Assembly (NCBI GenBank): GCA_020341795.1
Contig: CP070836.1
Span: forward strand, 1,303,212 to 1,367,211
Length of the DNA: 64,000 bases
Reading direction: 5' to 3'
Source of the DNA: Thermoplasmatales archaeon
Lineage (GTDB): Archaea > Thermoplasmatota > E2 > DHVEG-1
Under the pieces are notes generated by a model. The model was not told the DNA's origin, did not search any database, and saw nothing but the letters and a program-made list of their open reading frames with translations. Both the position numbers and the translations under genes were made by a program. How positions within the stretch are numbered: the stretch's first letter is position 1; the number at the start of each line of letters is the position of its first letter. Positions 48,882-57,901 of the stretch are shown piece by piece.

Positions 48882-49355
48882 TTTTTTACCTCAAATTCTA
48901 TACATATTTTCAAATTTTTGATTAATTGGTATAAAAAATAGCTTTAAAAGTTTACTATTTATGAACTAATATTTTAAACTAATTAAGAAAAATAAAATTA
49001 TTTAATTTATGAATATGAAGCTAAAATATTAGATGAATTAGAAAAAGAGTAATTTTCTTTATCAAGTATGTAATAAAAAATAATAGTATTATTAAAATTT
49101 CAAAAAAATTATTAAATAGGAGATAATCAAAAAATAGACTAAAAAATTAATTTTAAATAATTTATAATTTAAATCTCAAACAAAAAATAAAAAAAATTTA
49201 TGATTAATTATAATAATAAACTATAATTAGAATCAAATTATATAAATTATATTTATTTAAATAGAAAATTATAATAAATCTAATAGAAATATTTTTATGA
49301 GTAAAACGTTATACAGTTATTAAAAAAAATATATTTTGGTGGAGGTATGGAGTAA

Positions 49356-52300
49356 ATGAAAAATTCAAAAAAAAGTAAAATAGGAGTTGGAAGTATCGTA
49401 ATACTATTTTTAACCGCAATGTTATTGTCACCAGTGATCTCTACAACAGCAATGAATGTTTCTGAATTGAAAAATGAGTTAGATAATATAATAATCAATC
49501 CCTTTGGTGAAGATGATTATGATGGAAATAATCAAAAGCTACCAGAAATTCTTGATACAGTATGGCATCCAATAGAAGATGTATCTTTTGCTGGAGAGCA
49601 AAATGATATTGGTTATAATATTGATGCTGGGGATACTATTCAAAGATCATTACATCTTTTTGTAGGTGAGCCAGCTGATGAAACAGTCCCAGGAAGAGGA
49701 CGAACTGGTACATTAGATCCTGATGATGGTGACGATGAGGATTGGTATAAATATTTAGTATGTGAAGGACAGAGTATTAGTGTTTCAATTAATATGCTTG
49801 AAATAGATATTTATGCTCAGAGTCTTGGTATGACATCATTGGGTCAAAGCTATACTGCAACAACTACAGAGTATCATTTTATTTGCGTATCTGGCAATAC
49901 CTATGGTGATTATACTTTTAGCATAACAATTTCAGGCCAAAATGATGCAGGCACAGGTAGTGATGCTGGAGATAACATTGGCTCTGCTACACCTATTATT
50001 CCTGGTGAATATATTGGTTATATGGATTCAAATGATTGGGAAGACTGGTATAGTTTTAATGTGAATGAAAACCAGGGTATCTTTGTAAATATTGATACAA
50101 TAAGCAGAGAAACTGCGGATTATGATATTCATTTATATAATCCATCTGGAGAGTTGGTTCACTCAGCAGTATTTTATGGACCTGATGACCTTGAATATCC
50201 AGCTGATATATCTGGTACTTGGAGTATTAAAATTGATATGTTTCCAGGATGGGATACTAGTAAATGGCCCGATAATTATTTTTTATATGGATGTGGTCCA
50301 TATTCACTTGATTTAAATATTGGTGGCAATGCAGAATCACCTATTGTTCCGCAACCACAACCTGAAATTACCCCAGTTGCACAAACATTTATCGTAAACG
50401 ATGATCCAGATAGTACTAAAGATGAATATTGCTATTTAACAGCAGTTCCTGCAGCAAATTACATTGATGGGGGTATACGTTATGTATCACCCATTGTTTA
50501 TCAAGGAGTTGATGAAGTAACTCATTGGTATGGAACAGTTGATGATACTACACAATATTTACTTGATGATTGGAACACTTATTTAGCAGGACATGGAAAA
50601 GAAGCAATAGAGATAAATATTGCATCTGACCCTATACAAGCAGCGGCAGATATAGCAACTACTAAATGGACATCATCTAATACAGCTGTCATTGCTGTTG
50701 ATGGAAGCGAATTTGAAGATGATATATCTGAAATTGTAAATAAGGATTCATCACTTTCTTCACCACCTGAAATAGCAAGTTATTCACCTGATGAGTTAAA
50801 AGATTTTGGTGGACTTCCATCAGTTCCAATGATACTTGGACCAAAATGGGGAGCAATACATATTGTAGCATTGGGTGATGGTTTTACAGGCGATACGGGA
50901 ATAATTACTCATAGATATGAAAGTCTTATGGCTGACTGGTGGCCATATCCTTATCCAACTGCTGCGTACCCCGGACCTGATTGGGATACTTTTTTCCCTA
51001 TAGCACAACCTGGTTTTTGGATTCCTTTTGTTAGTAGTACCTCTGGACTGGATGAACTTCAAATAATTAAATACAAAGGAGATAGATATAAAATCCCAAT
51101 TACAAGCACCGATAGCAGTATTGAAGTTACAGTTTCTACAAATGAACCTTCAAATTTGATAGTTTATCTAATTGATCCAGAGGGAAATGTTCGAAGACCG
51201 AGTTTACCACACTGGAATGGAGGAGAAATTAATCCCATTCATTATTGGAATGGTGGACATTGGGAACACGATGAAGATGAGTTTAGAATATGGAAGGTTG
51301 ATTCTCATTTGGACTTTACTGTTGAAGTTAATCATGCTATGGTTGGAACTTGGACTGCAATAGTTGTTCCTTATTTAGATAACGAAGAAATGGATATTGG
51401 TTTCAATGGAAATTATCATATTACAGTAAATGTAAGAAAGTACAATCCTGATAGAATTAATGCAGGTCTGTCGGCTGCAAATGCTGCGGTAATAGCATCT
51501 GCAAATCATGCTCCATTACTATATGTAACAAAAGATTCAGTACCCTCTGAGACATCCAATGCACTTACACAACTTGGAGTAAATAATATCATATATATAA
51601 ATATTAATGGAGTAAGTAGTGCAAACCCAAGTGGGACAGTAAGCGAATGTACAACAATGCAAGAAGTTGTTCAAGAAATTAAAGGTATTTCAGCTTCTGA
51701 AAACTATATTACTATAACATCTTTTGGAACAGGAGATGGATATTTTGCACCTGCCGCAATGGCTGCTGCATATCATATTTCACCTGTTTTAAATATTGGA
51801 GAAGCAGCTATGGCCTATAACATGTTAGATATGGCACGAACATGGTCAGAATATAAGGGAGATTATTACCATGGATGTAGATCATTGGGACATATTCCGC
51901 ATATGAGCGAACCTGTGGAATTTTCAAATCCTCCTTCATGGTTAAGATTATTCATTTATTATATTATGAATAATGAACTTCCGCCAATAGGTCTTGACTT
52001 AAGACTTCAATGGTATGGTGGTATCTATGATGAAATACATGATTTAATTGATAATTACAACCTGGACGGTAATGGAAGAGAAGCATATTTGTTTGTTTCA
52101 CCTAGAGACAGTGATATCCGGGATCTTACAACTAGAATAATGACAGGGAATAACTCCTATGCAGGTCATATTATGTTTGAAAAACCTGCTTTATCATCAG
52201 CACATATCAATAGAGATATATTATATCCAGCAGTTGTATACGCAAATGAAGGTAGACATGTCATAAGCTCATGTTTCATGAATTATAGAGACGGACACGA

Positions 52301-53069
52301 TTGGACATGCAATGATGGAGTAAGATATTATTATTATGTGACCCAATCACTTAAGGAAATGGGATCCTCACGGGGTAGATTCTTTGAAGGACATAGTCTA
52401 TGGGAAAACCTGTTAGAAAGATATAATGATGGTGCAGCGTTAATTTACCATTGTAGCCATGGAACCGGTGGCTCAGGAATATGCTGTATGTTTAAAAACA
52501 TTCAGGACCAATTTCCACTGGCTGAACCAAATAATGAAAACTATAAAGATTTTGACTGGTGGGATGGCTGGCGAGGTTACTATTATGACAATAGTAAGAT
52601 ACAAACACCAAGAGATGTAGGACTTACATGGCTAAATTCAGTTGAACCAAACTTATATGACATTATTCATTTCAAATACTGTGATCAACTATTTGACAAT
52701 TTACATAGTCAGTTTAACTTTTGGATGAGTTGTACAACAGGTTCACATTTCGGACCAAATGTGTATCTAGAACATGGATGCGCGTTATGGTTTGGAAATG
52801 GTAATACGGGAAGATCACCACAAGAAGAAGTTCTTGACCAATGGATAACTGAAGATATGATGGATAAAGGAATTGAAGTGGGTAATGCATTGTCAAATTA
52901 TCTATGGCTCCATCAACGAGACTATACAACACGAGATCCAACAACGATATATGGTAGATCATCTGTACTTGATAATGAGTATCTTGCAAATGAGCAGATG
53001 ATATTTGGCGATCCAAATATGCAGATTTACAGTCCAGAATGGATTGAACCAACTCCTATTGATGGTTAA
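49356..53069 (+). CDS. 1237-aa secreted multidomain protein: signal/anchor, two DWY-type PPC-like beta-sandwich repeats, CWB2-like repeats, C-terminal clan CD (caspase/gingipain-like) module
   Basis: GGTGGAGG SD; N-terminal hydrophobic segment; repeats GEQNDIGYNIDAGD...DEDWYKY and GQNDAGTGSDAGD...WEDWYSF; ANHAPLLYVTKDSVPSETSNALTQLGVNNIIYI; LIYHCSHGTGGSG (His) and FWMSCTTGSHFG (Cys). Confidence 0.6.
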   Translation: MKNSKKSKIGVGSIVILFLTAMLLSPVISTTAMNVSELKNELDNIIINPFGEDDYDGNNQKLPEILDTVWHPIEDVSFAGEQNDIGYNIDAGDTIQRSLHLFVGEPADETVPGRGRTGTLDPDDGDDEDWYKYLVCEGQSISVSINMLEIDIYAQSLGMTSLGQSYTATTTEYHFICVSGNTYGDYTFSITISGQNDAGTGSDAGDNIGSATPIIPGEYIGYMDSNDWEDWYSFNVNENQGIFVNIDTISRETADYDIHLYNPSGELVHSAVFYGPDDLEYPADISGTWSIKIDMFPGWDTSKWPDNYFLYGCGPYSLDLNIGGNAESPIVPQPQPEITPVAQTFIVNDDPDSTKDEYCYLTAVPAANYIDGGIRYVSPIVYQGVDEVTHWYGTVDDTTQYLLDDWNTYLAGHGKEAIEINIASDPIQAAADIATTKWTSSNTAVIAVDGSEFEDDISEIVNKDSSLSSPPEIASYSPDELKDFGGLPSVPMILGPKWGAIHIVALGDGFTGDTGIITHRYESLMADWWPYPYPTAAYPGPDWDTFFPIAQPGFWIPFVSSTSGLDELQIIKYKGDRYKIPITSTDSSIEVTVSTNEPSNLIVYLIDPEGNVRRPSLPHWNGGEINPIHYWNGGHWEHDEDEFRIWKVDSHLDFTVEVNHAMVGTWTAIVVPYLDNEEMDIGFNGNYHITVNVRKYNPDRINAGLSAANAAVIASANHAPLLYVTKDSVPSETSNALTQLGVNNIIYININGVSSANPSGTVSECTTMQEVVQEIKGISASENYITITSFGTGDGYFAPAAMAAAYHISPVLNIGEAAMAYNMLDMARTWSEYKGDYYHGCRSLGHIPHMSEPVEFSNPPSWLRLFIYYIMNNELPPIGLDLRLQWYGGIYDEIHDLIDNYNLDGNGREAYLFVSPRDSDIRDLTTRIMTGNNSYAGHIMFEKPALSSAHINRDILYPAVVYANEGRHVISSCFMNYRDGHDWTCNDGVRYYYYVTQSLKEMGSSRGRFFEGHSLWENLLERYNDGAALIYHCSHGTGGSGICCMFKNIQDQFPLAEPNNENYKDFDWWDGWRGYYYDNSKIQTPRDVGLTWLNSVEPNLYDIIHFKYCDQLFDNLHSQFNFWMSCTTGSHFGPNVYLEHGCALWFGNGNTGRSPQEEVLDQWITEDMMDKGIEVGNALSNYLWLHQRDYTTRDPTTIYGRSSVLDNEYLANEQMIFGDPNMQIYSPEWIEPTPIDG

Positions 53070-53144
53070 ACAATATATAAATCTCTCTTTTTTTCTTTTT
53101 TTATTATTTGCCATTTTTTAATAAAAAAATAAAGTTAAAATAAT

Positions 53145-53174
53145 GATACTGGGATTTGAACCAGGTCAAGTATC
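53145..53174 (-). pseudogene. tRNA 3'-half-like remnant (T-arm plus partial acceptor), most similar to the tRNA-Gly at 57556-57627
   Basis: 53145-53171 matches 57560-57586 at 23 of 27 positions by hand alignment, same orientation, including the T-loop GGGATTTGAACC. Confidence 0.45.
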
Positions 53175-53255
53175 TATAAAAAAATTCAAATTAGTAGAGT
53201 TTATTTACAACCGATATAGATGATATTAAAAGATATACAAAATGAATATTTGATA

Positions 53256-54317
53256 TTATATAAATCTTACACATTCCATTATTTGAATTTCATTTTCTAA
53301 AAAATCTACATTTTCACCATGTTTTATAAATCCTATAATCGAAATGAAAAATCTCCAATAATGTATTGATATAAATCTTAATCCTATCTTTTGTATTGAA
53401 ACTGCATTAAAACTTACATTTATTTCAATATCATCTTGCATAGCATATAAAAAAAATCTAGTCGGTATAAATCTTCCATTATGGTATTCATAATCACCTA
53501 CTTCTATGGTTATATTATCTGAATTGATTTTTATATAATCATCATTTATAATACTTAAAATACCAATTTTTTCAGAAATTGTATCATCTGCAAATCTTGT
53601 CTTTTGTACTTTTGCCCAAGTCAATGAATAGTTTTCACTAGTTATCTTACCCCAATACCATCCTTTTCCTCTTAAACCTGTTCCAATAGAAAAATTCCAA
53701 TTATGATCATGATAGCCTTTTCCATTTAAATTTATTACTTTTTCATTTATTGTGATTTTACCCCTTACACGTGCTATTGGTTGTGCTACAGACCATCCTT
53801 CATGTGTTGTTTGATATGTAAAACCCTTTGATTTTCCAATAAATATCAAATCAACTTTTATATTATTCAATTCAATTTTAATTGTGTAATTCCAGTTACC
53901 TGTTGAAATGTATTCATTATAATCAAATTCCAATATTTGTTTGTTTCTATATTTGATATTTGGTATTTCCTCAGATATTTTATATTGATTTAATGGTCGG
54001 ATTCTTAATTCTTTCTCTTCTAAATTTGTATCTTTATATATATTAATCAGTTCCCTAACAATTCCCCATTTGGCAAAAGAGATAACTTTGATTCCTATAT
54101 GAATTCCATAATTTTGATTAAAAAATGCATCAAAATACCACCATTCTTGAGAGTAATAATTATTTATTCCATGAAATGCATCATCTTTAGGAGTTATGTT
54201 TTTAATGTTGTAATCACTTTGATCAATATTTCTTTCATTATCTAAAATTGTTTTTCCATTACAATAATTAGAAAATATTATTAATATAATAAATAAAATT
54301 GAATAAGATATCTTCAT
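53256..54317 (-). CDS. secreted CrtC/AttH-like (hydroxyneurosporene synthase-like lipocalin fold) protein
   Basis: Signal peptide; SQEWWYFDAFF is the EWWY motif that opens CrtC/AttH domains. Confidence 0.55.
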   Translation of the reverse strand: MKISYSILFIILIIFSNYCNGKTILDNERNIDQSDYNIKNITPKDDAFHGINNYYSQEWWYFDAFFNQNYGIHIGIKVISFAKWGIVRELINIYKDTNLEEKELRIRPLNQYKISEEIPNIKYRNKQILEFDYNEYISTGNWNYTIKIELNNIKVDLIFIGKSKGFTYQTTHEGWSVAQPIARVRGKITINEKVINLNGKGYHDHNWNFSIGTGLRGKGWYWGKITSENYSLTWAKVQKTRFADDTISEKIGILSIINDDYIKINSDNITIEVGDYEYHNGRFIPTRFFLYAMQDDIEINVSFNAVSIQKIGLRFISIHYWRFFISIIGFIKHGENVDFLENEIQIMECVRFI

Positions 54318-54519
54318 TCTTGAAATATATCTCCTCTTTTATATATAAAATTTATCTTATTTTTATTAAAAATTGTTAATTAAATAAATATCATATATGT
54401 TGTGATTTTAAAGCATACAACTGGCTTGGGACGCAAATTTGTGTAAATGGTTACCTATAATTTTATATTAGGTAAATTTATTACTATTATATTATTTTTA
54501 TAATAAGGAAGGAAAAAAG

Positions 54520-55638
54520 ATGAGTAATAACTTGTTTAAAGGTTTGATAGTAATCGGAATTTTAATTATATTAAACGAAATAACATCAGGTATATCAATA
54601 TATAAATTAAAAACTCTTAATGATTATATTAATATTACACCTGAAGAAGCATGGGATTTATTAAAAGATACAAGCAATGGAATTCAAATTCCTATAGATG
54701 TTAGAAGTCCAAATGAATGGTTAAAAAAAAGAATTGATACTCCATTTCCAGAATTTCCAAGACGTTATAGTAACTGGACTCCAACAGGATTAGAAGAATT
54801 TGTTTCATTATATAATAATAGTGTTGTCGTTCTTTACTGTAGATCAGGTGATCGAAGTAATGCTGCTGCTAGACATATTGTAGAGGAAAGTGATTTCAAT
54901 GGTACAATATATAATATGCTTGGAGGTATTAATCAGTGGATAGAGGATGACTTACCAACGAAATATTTTAATCATCTACCAAATCAACCAGAAACTCCTG
55001 TAGGTCCAACAATTGGAGTCATTGAAATTTCAAATACCTTTTCAACTATAACAACTGACTCTGATAATGATCCTGTTAGATATGGTTGGAGTTGGGATGG
55101 AGACAATGTTACCGATGAATGGTCTTCTTATTATCCATCTGACACAATTGCAGATATCACACATTCATGGTCAAATCCAGGAACATATGATATATTAGTA
55201 ATAGCTCAAGATAATGTTGGAGAACAAAGTGAATTTTCAGATGTTTTAACAGTAAATATTACCACTAAACCAAATCCCCCAATAATTAACGGTAAATTAA
55301 ATGGTAAAGCTGGAGAGGATTATGATTTTATCTTTTCCACTTTAGATCCAGATAATGACAACATTTTTCTTTATGTAGAATGGGGTGATGAGTCTATTAA
55401 AGATTATAATGGACCATACCAGTCAGAAGAAAAAGTTATCCTTAACCATACTTATACAGAAGAAGGTAATTATACGATAAGGGCAAAAGCTAAAGATATA
55501 TATGATATTGAAAGCGAATGGGCAACACTAGTTGTTAATATGCCAAAAACCAAAGTATTCAACAGATCAATTCTAAACATTCTTGAACAATATCCAAAAC
55601 TTTTTCCAATCCTAACACATTTATTACAAAAACTATAA
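54520..55638 (+). CDS. secreted rhodanese-domain protein with two PKD-like beta-domains and a conserved C-terminal tail
   Basis: Signal/anchor; rhodanese active loop YCRSGDRSNAAA; two repeats D.D.D..Y...WGD...Y.I.A.D..G..SE.S; tail MPKTKVFNRSILNILEQYPKLFPILTHLLQKL. Confidence 0.7.
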   Translation: MSNNLFKGLIVIGILIILNEITSGISIYKLKTLNDYINITPEEAWDLLKDTSNGIQIPIDVRSPNEWLKKRIDTPFPEFPRRYSNWTPTGLEEFVSLYNNSVVVLYCRSGDRSNAAARHIVEESDFNGTIYNMLGGINQWIEDDLPTKYFNHLPNQPETPVGPTIGVIEISNTFSTITTDSDNDPVRYGWSWDGDNVTDEWSSYYPSDTIADITHSWSNPGTYDILVIAQDNVGEQSEFSDVLTVNITTKPNPPIINGKLNGKAGEDYDFIFSTLDPDNDNIFLYVEWGDESIKDYNGPYQSEEKVILNHTYTEEGNYTIRAKAKDIYDIESEWATLVVNMPKTKVFNRSILNILEQYPKLFPILTHLLQKL

Positions 55639-55745
55639 ACATTAAATTTATAATTGTCAATCAATTTTTTACTTAAATCTCTCTAAAAATATAGAAAAAC
55701 TATATATTAGGATTTTCTTATTAAGAATATGGAGGTAGATTTAAA

Positions 55746-57347
55746 ATGAAAAAATATTTTTTATGTTTAGTAATAAGCTTTGTTTTATTATCCACATTTA
55801 TTCCAATAAGTGAAACTACTGCTAAAATAGATATAAAAAACAAAGAAAATGAAATCAGTATTTATTGTTTAAAATGTGATAAATCATCAACAATTATTGA
55901 TAATGCTGATTCTGAAGATAAAAATCCTATAAAACCAGAAATCATCAATGTTCCTTCTAGTTTCAGTTGGCTTGATTATATGGGTGAAAACTGGGTCACA
56001 CCTGCAAAGGACCAGGGAAATTGTGGCAGCTGCTGGGATTTTGCAGCGATTGGTGGTCTAGAATCTATTATAAGTATTCGAGAAAATTGTGCAGGACTTG
56101 ATCCGGATTTATCAGAACAATATGTTTTATCATGTTTACCAGGAGGTGGTAGCTGTAGAGGTGGAAATGCAAGACTTGCTTATAAATGCATTAATCGTAC
56201 GGATGATAGAGGAAATAATTGCAATGGAGTAGTTTTAGAATCTTGTATGCCATATCAAGCAGATGACGATATTGAATGCTCTGATAAATGCAGTAATTGG
56301 GAAGATGTGCTCATACCAATCCTTGATTATGGATATTGGTATCCTGATGGAAGTCCTGAAGATAGAGAAGCAATTAAATCACAGATCATGGAACATGGAC
56401 CAGTTGTTACAACTATGATGTTTACCTATTATGTACATGGTGAGAATAATCTTGAGGAATGGGGTTGGACTCATAGTTCCCCTGATGATTATTATCCTTA
56501 TCCTGGTGAAACAAATAAAGCAAATCATCAAGTAGTCCTTGTAGGTTGGGAGGATGACCAAAATATTGGTAATGGTGGTTATTGGATTGTAAAAAATAGC
56601 TGTAGCTCAGAGTGGGGATACGATGGTTTTTTCAACGTTGAATATGGTAGTTTAAACATTGACAGTATTGAAATAGATTGGGTAGAGTATGATCCTGAAT
56701 TATATAATAACTGGACTCCAAAAGTATATGCTGGTGGAATTTACCATGGAATTGTCGGTGAGGATATTAGCTTCGATGGAAGTGAAACTACGGATCCAGA
56801 GGAAGATATCGTTGATTATTTGTGGGATTTTGGTGATGGGATACAGAAAAATGGTGTTATACAAACACATTCATATGAAGAAGGAGGAATATATCCTGTT
56901 TCTTTAACTGTAATTGATAGTAATGGTAATGTTGGTATTGATGAAACCTGGGTTTTTGTTGATAAAACTAACAGTCCACCTGATACACCTGTTCTCAGAG
57001 GAAGAAGATTAGGTGTAAGAGAGAAAGAATTTGAATATACATTTTATGCAAATGATCCAGATGGTGATGATTTATATTATTATTTGAACTGGGGTGACGT
57101 ATACTGGACTGGTACCTGGCAACCATGGATAGGTCCATACAAGTCAGGTGAAAAGGTAACACTAACTAATATTTGGGATACAGATGGAGACTATGTTGTA
57201 CGAGTAAAGGCAAAAGATATTTATGATGCTAAAAGTAATTGGGCGACATTACCTGTGAAAATCCCCTACTATAATAACATACAAAAACCGTTAATTTTTA
57301 AGTTAATTGAATATTTCCCAGGACTATCGATGATGTTTAAAATATGA
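55746..57347 (+). CDS. secreted papain-family (C1A) cysteine protease with a PKD domain, a PKD-like domain and a conserved C-terminal tail
   Basis: QGNCGSCWDFAA (Cys), NHQVVLVGW (His), YWIVKNSCSSEWG (Asn/Trp); PKD YLWDFGDG; terminal domain ...VRVKAKDIYDAKSNWATLPVKIP and tail LIFKLIEYFPGLSMMFKI. Confidence 0.8.
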   Translation: MKKYFLCLVISFVLLSTFIPISETTAKIDIKNKENEISIYCLKCDKSSTIIDNADSEDKNPIKPEIINVPSSFSWLDYMGENWVTPAKDQGNCGSCWDFAAIGGLESIISIRENCAGLDPDLSEQYVLSCLPGGGSCRGGNARLAYKCINRTDDRGNNCNGVVLESCMPYQADDDIECSDKCSNWEDVLIPILDYGYWYPDGSPEDREAIKSQIMEHGPVVTTMMFTYYVHGENNLEEWGWTHSSPDDYYPYPGETNKANHQVVLVGWEDDQNIGNGGYWIVKNSCSSEWGYDGFFNVEYGSLNIDSIEIDWVEYDPELYNNWTPKVYAGGIYHGIVGEDISFDGSETTDPEEDIVDYLWDFGDGIQKNGVIQTHSYEEGGIYPVSLTVIDSNGNVGIDETWVFVDKTNSPPDTPVLRGRRLGVREKEFEYTFYANDPDGDDLYYYLNWGDVYWTGTWQPWIGPYKSGEKVTLTNIWDTDGDYVVRVKAKDIYDAKSNWATLPVKIPYYNNIQKPLIFKLIEYFPGLSMMFKI

Positions 57348-57555
57348 TATTTTATATTGGTAGTAAAATTTAAATTAAAATAATGTTTATAATAGGGAGT
57401 TAGACTGAAAACTTACGGAACTACTATATAAACAGCAAACTTATAAATAATAATACTATTAGTATTTCTATTTAAATTAGTGGATTTATTGATATTAAAC
57501 TCCGAGAATACCTCGCACTCATTGATGGAGAGTAAGTAAGAAAAATTAGTCTAAA

Positions 57556-57627
57556 TGCGGATACCGGGATTTGAACCCGAGCAAGTGGCTTGGGAAGCCA
57601 CTATCATAACCACTAGATCATATCCGC
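57556..57627 (-). tRNA. tRNA-Gly (anticodon CCC)
   Basis: Acceptor GCGGATA/TATCCGC, anticodon arm GTGGC-TTCCCAA-GCCAC, T arm TCGGG-TTCAAAT-CCCGG, discriminator A. Confidence 0.9.
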
Positions 57628-57901
57628 ATCAACAGGAGAAAAATCAAGTTATTATTTTTATATTTTTCCGTGGTTTATGATAATAACCGAAACGATGAGA
57701 AACTGAAAGTTTTAATAATTAGCCATTTTTATATTTTTTTATATAATTTTTTTAAGAATTTTACATAATAAGATCACTAAGTCGGATTGAATCGTAAAGT
57801 AAAAAATACCTTAAATCATACCTTCTCGCTTTACTTACAAATGATACTATACACCAATACATTAATATATAAAATATTAATCACTGAAAGGATTTTGATA
57901 T

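Noticed and set aside
50122-53052. Several short track ORFs on both strands inside the 1237-aa gene.
   Set aside because: They are nested within a long continuous ORF with repeat and domain structure.
57628-57720. Possible C/D-box sRNA next to tRNA-Gly (tATGATAAt ... cgATGAGAaaCTGAaa).
   Set aside because: The box matches are imperfect, the spacing is too short for a full C-D'-C'-D unit, and there is no terminal stem.
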